A DNA stretch of 64,000 nucleotides from Octopus vulgaris. Taxonomy: Eukaryota. A program made the translations under genes and the position numbers. Within the stretch, counting starts at the first letter, position 1, and each line of letters opens with the position of its first letter. The stretch is from contig OX597815.1 of NCBI GenBank assembly GCA_951406725.2, positions 154,752,001 to 154,816,000 of the forward strand. The letters are read 5' to 3'. Positions 53,710 to 64,000 of this stretch are shown in pieces. The notes under the pieces were generated by a model. The model did no database searches. It was given only the letters and a program-made list of their open reading frames with translations, and was not told the origin of the DNA.

Positions 53710-54141
53710 TAATATAAACAACAGGTTGCAATGTTTCATCAAAAAAGAGAATTATAATTATCGCTAAATGTGACTAGGGTGTTAAGAAACACCTACGTTG
53801 CTAGAAATACAAGCTAAAATGCTCTAATGCTGTAGTTAATAAACATGACTAAAAACATATACACTAACGGGACCTGAATCGTCCGGAATGTGCCGATCGA
53901 GAATTCTCAATTAAAGAAAACCGAGATCGATCGGGCTTAACTGATGAGGCAACGGAAATTGCCGAAACTGATAACAGTATTAACAATTCTCGATCGGTAT
54001 TTTTCGGACGATTCAGATCCCTGTTACTGTATAGGTGCTCTTTCATGTGCGTTATCTACAGCATTAGAGCATTTTAGCTCTTATTTCTAGGAATGTAGGT
54101 GTTTACTAACACACCAGTCACGTCAGTAACAATTATACTAT

Positions 54142-54142
<1 letters not shown>
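53710..54142. repeat. Foldback element (arms about 53750-53905 / 53985-54142) enclosing a hammerhead
   Basis: CTGAATCGTCCG..ATGTGCCGATCGAGAATT / AATTCTCGATCGGTAT..TCGGACGATTCAG and AGCTAAAATGCTCTAATGCTGTAG / CTACAGCATTAGAGCATTTTAGCT. Confidence 0.9.
53937..53983 (+). ncRNA. Canonical type I hammerhead ribozyme
   Basis: UUAA CUGAUGA GGCAA CGGAAA UUGCC GAA ACUG AUAA CAGU A UUAA. All three stems pair perfectly and the core is complete. Predicted cleavage after A53979 (GUA). Confidence 0.92.
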
Positions 54143-54181
<39 letters not shown>

Positions 54182-54194
54182 CTGACAAGCACAA

Positions 54195-54275
<81 letters not shown>

Positions 54276-54439
54276 AAAATAGATAGATATGTAAAGGTAA
54301 GAAGAGAAGATCAAGGTGTAGGAACAGTAGTGGATTATTGGAGCAGGTGGTTGTGAATTTTTCCTATACCGAAGTACGTTAAGCTGAAAAAGATAATTTT
54401 ATATTTCACAATTATCATCAGGGATTGTTAAGTGAATGA

Positions 54440-54826
54440 ACATTCGAAATTTAGGGAATCTTGTAGTTAAAATTCAGCCAACATATGATTCATAGCTAGT
54501 GGGACCTCGTAAGTAGTGAATTATTCAAATGAGGAGTCTACTGCAAGCTACTCTTCAGGTCAAGGATGTTATGATGATATTAATTCTGCATTGTCTTTGA
54601 GAGATCCCGTGCTAACTCGTTGGCATTTCGATCGAAATCCCCAAGCACTTAATAGGGCATCTCCCAAAGAGAATGTAAACCTTATATATTCAAGGTATCC
54701 TTGACCTGAAGAGTAGCTTGCGGTCTACTCTTCTTTTGGATAATTCACTACTTTCGTGATTTCGTTAGCTATGAAATATAAGTTGCCAGAATTCTATCTG
54801 CTCCACTCTCCAAGTTTTGAATATGT
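54440..54826. repeat. Foldback (arms about 54440-54568 / 54697-54826), each arm with a decayed long-stem-II hammerhead
   Basis: GCAAGCTACTCTTCAGGTCAAGGAT / ATCCTTGACCTGAAGAGTAGCTTGC is an exact inverse. The right arm reads CUGAAGA GUAGCU...AGCUAU GAAA. Confidence 0.8.
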
Positions 54827-55780
54827 ATGCACACACACACACACAAACATATATATATACAGATATTCTATAATTATAAGCATACTTAGCATAATTAAGT
54901 AAATATAACTTTACTTTAATCCCTAAACGCGTATGTAGCTAATCTAAGTCGTGTGGATTCATCATTTTTTCTCTTTGCCTACGTAAATAAAGTGTGTTAC
55001 TGTCTGGGAGATATTTGTGTTTGCGGAAAAAATATGTTAACTGCTATATCTAAATTCGGTGCATGGAGAAGCAATTAGCTGACCCCCCGATTATAATTAT
55101 GCTTATAATTATAGAATATTTGTATGATGTTACTCAAAAAGGTTATTTCAACGGACCGAACTACTTGGTAAAATTATCAATTATTAATTAATTGATTAAT
55201 TAATTAATTTTACCCTTTCGTCATATATATGTGTATGTGTGGGTGTGTGTAAGTATACATATACGAAAAGATACTGAAAAGTCGATGGTTTTGAGTGAAA
55301 GGAATTACAGGAGGATCAGTTCATTGTAATCTTATTCAACATATTCATCTCTCAGATTCGCATACATATTACAAACTGTTCTTCAGTATTTCTAAGTCCT
55401 GTAAAACAACTCGGAAGGTTGGGCCACCAACCATGCCTTTCGCGACACCTCTTAAAGCCTGGGAATTTTCACCATCCTCTCGTATATAAGGATGAGAGTC
55501 ATTTCATCCTAAAAAGATTTTTCACTGCGACTTATTATCGAGTAAAAAAATTCCTCGCCTACCCTTGAAAAAAGAGGTTTCATAATACCATAATTCACTC
55601 ACCACCTCTATTGGACTGATGAATAAATTTCGAAATTCTTCGCCCTTGCAACCCGCAGTGAAAACTTGAACAGGTTCAAATATCTCTCAACCATTTTTAA
55701 CCGGTTTTAATTTATTTTGCTCTCCGATATTGCTTCGCGCGTCTACTAACAACTATAAGTACATACACAAACACTCACAC

Positions 55781-55834
<54 letters not shown>

Positions 55835-58029
55835 CTCTTTCTCTCTCTATATATATACTTTCAACTTTGTTGGTTCTGATTTATTGTTTCACTTTCCAGA
55901 TGTTTAAATTGCGACCTACGCCATTTACTATAAGCACTTTTGTGACAGTACTCTTCGTAGTATTTTTGCTGGGATTATATTTCTCACTTGTTGTGGTCAA
56001 AAGTTATTTGTTTTAACCGATTGACACTAAATTCGCTCTTTGCTATTTTGTTATTTTTTTGCTTAACTGCAGCCTCGACCATTAACATGGAGATTTACAT
56101 TATTCTGCCGAGTAGACAGACATCACTTTTTATCGACTGTGTATACGTTAACATTTTAAAGAACTTCAGAAACATTTAATGCTGCATTCTAAAAAATAAA
56201 AAAAATTACAATCTGGCAGACATCTCGACTTTTTCTTTGCCTCAAATTTAGTCGTTCAAATTGTTTTTCCGAAGAATATTTTTCAAAGCTTCGCATGGAA
56301 TATACTTTCTCGACACATTCATTAGATTTACATTTTGACATTTACTTTTACATGCCTAAACATATTAAGACTTATTCCTGAGAACTTCCAAATGCTGGGA
56401 AGAACGAAACAATTACAATTATCGTTACACTGGATTTGTAAATAAAATGTCTTGAGAAGTAAGATTGTGCAAGCTGAGTGCTCTCCAGACATAAAAATCT
56501 CATTATTTGTCTACTCTGGGATATTTAACATTAATGTGTTATCTATTACAGCTGCCTTGAACTGCAATTTATGGCTCATGATATCCTTATTTCTGCTCTG
56601 TATCTGTATGTATTTTCTATGTAACCATCTATCCATCTATCTATATCCATTATTGGTGAATTCTACCACTCAAATGACATACAGTTTCAATATATATGAT
56701 AACAACGCAGTGAAAATTGCCCAATGCGATGATGTACATTTGCAAAGTAGACAAAATACGTGGGAGGTGTACGGATATATAACAAAATATCTGTAAATTG
56801 ATTTCAGGGCTAGAAAACATAAAATGACATTTAACTGCTTTGAAAATCCTGTAGGTAATTTTACTTGATTTCTAAAAACGTGCAAATTTACGTATTGCGT
56901 CCAACCAAGCGAAAAGCACGTGTCTATCGTACATCAAGCTATAAATTATACAGTATTAATGAAGTTACTGTTAACATTTTTTACCGGAGGAATTAAAAGG
57001 CTAACAACAAATTGTTATAAAAAAACTGCTTTCTAAATGTTACAATTGAATTTAACTGACACTATGTTGAAATGTTTTGTAGATATACTGAAACTATATT
57101 GAACACTCCCCGAGGTTGGAAATATATCACTCGTTACTTTCTCGATTAACCGGTTCAAAATAATGTGTTACACTGCACTAAATACTTTTTTCTGATAGTA
57201 CCTATAATAAGTGAACATTGGGATCTGTAGACAATTTGGGACCCCTGCGTCGTTTTTGCTTAAGAGATGATATATTTTCTTTAATATCTCTGGATGCCAT
57301 TGAACCTGTTTTCGGGAGTCAGATGAGCGGAATCTCGGTAAAATATAGTGGTTTACATCAGAATTCAAGGATCTTCGCAAAAGATTTAAGCTGAAGATTT
57401 TACACATTGATTGGTAGCTTAATACTATATCCACTCAACACGGGACAGATAAATCTTGAGCGATTTTATTTTAAGAAGCTTCGCATTTTTTAGAATTTAT
57501 CTAAAATTATTCATTTATTAGATTGATACAATTTGTAGACCCACATTTTATGTACTTTATTCGGATCTTTTCTGTGACAGTTTTCAATTCTTTTAATTCT
57601 GTTCCAATTGTTTTCAAACTGGTGCACTGATATAATTTTGTATGCTAATTATGGAAATGAAATATATTTTTGCAATGAATTAATAAATAAGAGGTTAATA
57701 GCTTTTAAAGTTTGCTAATTTGGGATAATTTTATCCAATCAAAATCCACAGACACGTTTGGCGTCTGTTTCTATTGTAAGAATCTAAGATATAATTTGCT
57801 TTAAGCTCCAACCATGTGTATTGTCTTCACCTGTCTATTTTATTTGACAACGGCCTATTTTCTGAACTTTTGTACCACCTCATATTTGTGATTTTCATCT
57901 GGGATTTTTGTTTGTTTTTGTTTCATTCTGAGAAACGAACAGATATTTTAGTTTGCTCTCCAGTCACTGCCTCATTTTGATAATTTTAAACTGCGTGTTT
58001 TCCTGGACATGGACATTTTTAGCCTAAAT

Positions 58030-58680
58030 ACAAGTATGACCACAGCCAACTCGTTTAATCTTTCGGATATGATGGAGAAATTGAAAACCGAGGGGGATGC
58101 GGTTTCTTACTTCTAAGAGAATGGTGTCATCCCTAAAAGAAAATCATATACAAAAACACTAAATGAACAAGATTCTTCACGGGACATTTTTATGGCGGTG
58201 TTCTCGAAAAGGACGCAGCAAGTGATATTTTAAAAAAAAGATATATTGTTGGAAAATGGTACCCTTCTTCTTAGGACTGTACTGCTTTTATTCCTTTTCC
58301 CATGGGTCAAGGAAGTGGCTTCGGTTTTGTGGTGAAGACCAATGCACAGCTGTTGGGTACAACAGCTATGTTTGTGAAACATCTGAGGTGGATCTGCTCC
58401 ACAACCCACTTCACATAAGCGGACCTGGGAAGAATGTTGAGATAGAAGAAACATTCTTCTCAAGACGTAAATGCGATCGAGGAAGGATGTTTTCTACCTG
58501 AGCAGTGGGTTTCCGGGAGAGTGTGCCGCGAAACAAAATATGTTTCCTTTTATGCGATGCCATGTCAGAATTGAGTACGCCAGTCTATTCTTCAAGAAAC
58601 CACAATTTCCAGTGACTTGTCGAGGACCTACTCTCACAATCCCGAAACTGATGGTTATAACCTTCGACATAGAAGAGTGA
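58030..58680 (+). mobile_element. Merlin (IS1016/ISXO2-like DDE) transposase remnant
   Basis: ISGPGKNVEIEETFFSRRKCDRGR, then QWVSGRVCRET in another frame. This matches the GPG..VEIDE..F..RKY.RGR...WVFGG..R signature. TIRs not identified. Confidence 0.8.
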
Positions 58681-59634
58681 ACTAAAGTGTTGGTTTGTTA
58701 TTTGGGTTGGGGGGAGATTTAACTTACTGTTTGTTTTTTTTCATTTTTTCTCAAAAAAAAAACCCAGATTTCATTGAGCATTTGTCGGTTTTATATTGTT
58801 TACATGCCTGTTTCTACATTCCACCTGAGTTTATTCGTTAAAATTTATTAAAACTTAAAAACGTCATACAAGCTTGTCGTCGAAATTTTGTCATGCGCAG
58901 CTGTCACACAAAATGCCAGCTTCTAGATCCTGTTTTCTATTTGGATAAAAGTATGAAAATTTAAATCTCTGTAACGTTTTTCTAAAAGTTCGATGGAACA
59001 AATAAATCACAAAATAACATTCAACGCGAAAAATTACATACAATATATCAGATTAAAATTTATTCTCTTAATTTTAATAATTCAGAAAATGTAACTTCAA
59101 CAGAAAAAAATCTCATTGTCTACTTATCTGTACGTTACATATTCATCCATCTTGACTACTTCACCGCAAATCAACTGTTAAATATTTTCCACATCATTAA
59201 TATCTAAATTAATGAAATGACTCAAGCCATTTTGCATCTATTTAACAGGCATGACATAAATCAATTTGTTGTCGAGCGTGTTTTCTTTTTAATAGCGGAA
59301 TATGAATCTAGAAGCTAGAGGTGTCACATTTGCAGCTTGCTCAATATTGTATCAATCAACATAAAGTCACTGGGAAATATGTCATTAGTATGTAGACCAC
59401 TAACAATTTAATCTGAAATTCTTGATTTTTAAAATATATCGGGATAGCTTCCTATAGCATAAAAAAACAAGTTATCTTTTTCCTCGAGCCGTCTAGTAAT
59501 CCCTGACTCATTAGCATATAACAAATTTATCAACTAATTTCATGTTGTATAGGTAAGAATATGCATTTGGATATATACATTTCTTATGCTCTGGTTCATG
59601 CACACACTCACACAGATATGACTGCATATATGTG

Positions 59635-59671
<37 letters not shown>

Positions 59672-59712
59672 CTGTCTCTCTGTCCTTCTCACTGTTTCTC
59701 TCGCTCTATCGC

Positions 59713-59798
<86 letters not shown>

Positions 59799-60122
59799 TG
59801 AGTGAGAGAGAGAGATAAGATGAGAGAATAGAAAGGTAATTAATAAATTACTATTCACTAAAAATTGACAAAACCCCCTTGCAGCAGTTTCAGTTCAGGC
59901 TTTCAGAAAATTAATTACATCAAAAAACATTTCAAAGCCAAATCTCTTTAGACGTAGATAAAGGTGCGCAAATTAGGTGTTCAGTTTTCTCATACTGAGT
60001 AAACGGCTGCAAACCGTAACTATATAAACCATGGTTTATATAGTTACCTTGCAGTGGAGTATTAAATATAATGTTCAGGATTTTGCTATCCCTGAATGAG
60101 GTTTGTAACCTTTAATTGTGTT

Positions 60123-60190
<68 letters not shown>

Positions 60191-60778
60191 AGAGAGAGAG
60201 AAAGAGATAGATAGATAAAACTTCCTTGGAAAACGATGAGTGGCGTTCGATCATATAATAATATAAATGATTTATAGATATATCAATATATACATCCATA
60301 TATATACATACCTACATATATATGTATATATAAATGTTTATATGGGGACAGTACGTGAAAAAAAAAACCTTGAGCACAATGAGAAACGAAAACATAACAG
60401 CAAAAACATAGAAAACTAACTTTTTTCCCAACAACGAAAAACACTGAGAAACGAGTCATGCAGCATAAATAATATTCCCATTCATCAGTTGTTCCTGTTT
60501 CATCTATCCCGCTTTCCGAGTGCAAGGACAATACACGACTTCGTTGAAACAGTCCTTCCCGCAAAGCAAATTAAATAAAATTTGGTTTTTTTTACGGAGG
60601 GGGAAAGTGGTAACAAGAACAGGACAGTGAGAACAAGACAGTAAAAACAAACGATGTGGGTTGTTAAGCTAAGATGATAGAAAAATTATTATGAACGCTA
60701 GAAGGACGAGCTTATGAGAGGAGACACGTACAAGCACGTGTTATCTTTAGGAAGGAAATGGGCAGAAAGATAGATTAT

Positions 60779-61070
60779 CTTTCGTCCCGTCGCTGACACG
60801 TGACATATCTTTTCAAGATAAGGGAAAAACCTATTGTGAAAACCCAGTGTCCAAGCAAAAAGGTTAAGGAGGTCTCGCCCTGGTATGTGATGTGTGTTTC
60901 TTTAATTTTCCCCTCATTAAGGAGTAATTATTGTGATGCACCCTCGTGCATTAAATACGGTGATGAACCCCTGAAATGGCCATAGGGAATGTAAATATGG
61001 TTTCTTCTCTTTTTTTTTGTTTGCTTGGACACTGGCTTTTCACAATAGGTTTTCCCTTATCTTGAAAAGA
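60779..61070. repeat. Short foldback (about 60808-60858 / 61019-61070) with a decayed hammerhead-like hairpin between the arms
   Basis: TCTTTTCAAGATAAGGGAAAAACCTATTGTGAAAACCCAGTGTCCAAGCAAA is mirrored by TTTGCTTGGACACTGGCTTTTCACAATAGGTTTTCCCTTATCTTGAAAAGA. Confidence 0.8.
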
Positions 61071-61559
61071 AATTTTTAATCGAAAAAAATTCTAAACGAT
61101 GAACTTTTATCTTACCTTATATATTATTTATTTTCATGTTTGCTATATATATGTATTTTTATATCTTTTTATATATTTATATATTTGTATATTTCTTTAT
61201 ATTTTTATATATTTATTATTCTAGATGTTATAATGTTAAAATATATATATTTTAGTCGCTAAAGTATTAATCATTAATTTTTAACCGCAATAGACTGTAT
61301 TCACACATTTTTCTTATATTTTTCTTATATGCTTGTATTGATAAGTTGTGTGATTTTCCGTGATTTTATGCATGTATATTTTATGTGAAAGAAAAAGCAT
61401 TATGTGATTAAATGTTCGAGATATAAAATGTTACATGGATGACCTTATATTTGTTTGTTCTGCAACCATAGTTTAATATATTTTTCTCATTTATTTGAGC
61501 ACTTCAATAGCAGTCCTATTAAATATTTTGCTCCTCATAAGAAACAATCACTTTATTAT

Positions 61560-61616
<57 letters not shown>

Positions 61617-61841
61617 ATAAAAGGGCTTAGTAAAATAAATTACTTTGCCACATACTGAACTCATTAGAAATAGCAGCCAAAAAAATATTTTTTACCCATT
61701 TCTAATACTTAAAGAAAATTTCTCAAAATAACCCACGAAGGTATGGGGGTAAAAACATCAAAAAATCACAAGTGCAAAGATTATTTGAGAACGTACGTTT
61801 CTAGATCAGCCAAATACAATTTTACCCTCATTTGTTGAAAT

Positions 61842-61896
<55 letters not shown>

Positions 61897-63911
61897 CGCG
61901 CGCGCGTGTGCGTGTAATACAATTAGGGAGTATAACTCCAAACTTAAAGGTAAAATAGACGTAGCAGTACAGGGCTTAGTAAATTAATTTGGAGAACTAA
62001 AAGACCACAATAAACAATCTAATTTAGATTGGTTGATTCTCTCAATTTCGATACCTTATGACAAAGGTAAGGACGTCAGTCTGTAATTCTGAACTATTTT
62101 TTATTCTTTTTTCTAAATCTCCCCTTGTAAACATGGTTATAGAGCGTGCATTTGCAGAAACACACCTTTAGTTCATATAAGTGATATCAATCAATATATA
62201 TAATTTAAACATTAATTTTCTTCTTACATATCACATTCACTAGATATATATATATTTCCAAGTCTATATGGTTTTTATTTAACATAAATATAGTCATATA
62301 TTTCTCATTTATTTAGTTTTTCTTTCCTTTATCCCTCCCCTTTCTCTAGGCTACCTCTGACGTTATATCCTATAACGTTGTTTGAAACAATCATAATAGC
62401 GTTCAGTTAATCACTATACATATCCATCATTTTCTGTTAAAATGCCTTATTGACGAGTTTCATTTCTACACTTTCCTGAGCGGAAGGTTACATTGTTTTA
62501 CACTAATTTATTCCTTTGGGATAATACCAGAGATATTTCCGGATATCTTCGAAACATATTTCGGAAATAAAAGAATTTGAATAACACCTGCGTTTAACCT
62601 CATTTATATATTTATTTATATATGTATGTATGTATGTATATATGTATGTATATAGGTATGTATGATTATATGTACACATATTATATAATATACATATACC
62701 CACTTATGTATGCATATGTATACATATACATATATGTGTGTGTGCATACGTGTATACAAATATTCTTGCGTGCAAGTATATATGGAGAAATACATATTTC
62801 CTTAAACTATGAAAAGACACGAAACTACAGCATCAATCAACTGGGTGTTAATACATGTTCCAAGATCGGTCCTATTTCTGCTTACCAACTTTAGGCAAAC
62901 ATATTACAGATGGGTAACAAAAACGGAAAGCGATTAAGCTACGAAATACAATACTTGAACGTTCATATGGTTCTAATAATAATGTTTATTTCACAATGTA
63001 AGAATAACTGAATACCAATAATTTTGGATGCACAACCATAAATTTATTATCAAAGATTTTTTTTTTGTTTCGTATTTACGAAGTTGTAAGTACCTAACAA
63101 ATATGGATATACAATCACAGTTCTGTCAATAGAGATATTTTATTTACTCTCAATGCAAGTCTTTCTCGATAGATTGTATAAACGATTAAATCGCTAACAT
63201 TACGAGATTAGTACCTTAGTCACCTGATGTTTGAATGATATAAAGGCGCTGTCGATCACTGCAGGACTTTAGGGTTAAAAATCAAAATTTACAGAGTCCT
63301 AACTTCATACCATGATGCATAGTATTCGGAATTATAGCTAATCAACCAATTAACCTCCTTCTGAATGAAGAAGCATATTAACATGATAAACATAATTGCA
63401 AATTCAAATATATAAATTCTTTCATGAAGTTCACTGTGTTGATAACACTGACGAAAATATAACTGCAGGGTACTTCTTAATTATATGTCTGACGACAGAT
63501 TCCATCTCTCTGCTTGTAGCTTGACTACACTTCAAGTAATTATTCACACATTTCAATTATCTTTAAGTCTAGCGGTGACTACACGCACATTCATATTTAG
63601 ATGTCCGTATTGATGTGAAGTAAATTTGTGAGACGTAATCTTTTATACACCATTACAGAAGGTCAAAGATTTTTTTAAGATCTTGCTTTTCTCCAGTGAC
63701 ACAGAAATGATGAAGATGGTATCGTACTTTTAGATGAAGATTAATTAAATCACACTCATGTTTAATTAATATACCTTGAAGGATAAAGGTTGTCATTTTA
63801 CATAGGATCTGAAATCTAACGAGTTTTCAATACCGTGTCAGTAAATTTTATCTTACCTTTATTCATGGACACACACACAGATATGTACACATACACACGC
63901 ATACACTCACG

Positions 63912-63973
<62 letters not shown>

Positions 63974-64000
63974 TACGTATATATATGTATTTGTATATGT

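Noticed and set aside
60470-60540. Possible type II hammerhead on the minus strand (GAAA...CUGAUGA)
   Set aside because: I could not pair stems I and III convincingly. A family consensus is needed.
43600-63860. Scattered splice-like signals suggesting small host exons (for example near 43688, 49150, 49868 and 63697)
   Set aside because: No consistent reading frame or recognisable protein. The window may be intronic, but that cannot be shown without transcript data.

Overview
AT-rich, microsatellite-dense eukaryotic DNA. It is animal, and its SINE repertoire looks like an Octopus/cephalopod genome (my inference). I can support no host protein-coding gene, rRNA, true tRNA or CRISPR array. The window is a patchwork of mobile DNA: two full-length 1,292-bp but broken mariner copies; a decayed Gypsy LTR element nested in a SINE; CR1/L2, RTE, Tx1/L1 and R4/Dong-type LINE fragments; Merlin and Tc1/maT remnants; non-autonomous Helitrons/Helentron; and four tRNA-derived SINE families. 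Most ORFs in the track are translated microsatellites. The main signal is non-coding. Several unrelated repeat families carry type I hammerhead ribozyme (HHR) folds: intact cores at about 10102-10159(-), 10611-10667(+), 38474-38508(+), 52834-52918(+) and 53937-53983(+), plus roughly ten decayed ones. They sit in tandem and/or foldback arrays inserted in (TA)n tracts. The clearest case is a 420-427-nt HHR-punctuated unit at 51969-53105 that splits a SINE. This architecture resembles Penelope-like pseudo-LTRs or non-LTR retrozymes. All folds were read by eye and none were computed or tested.
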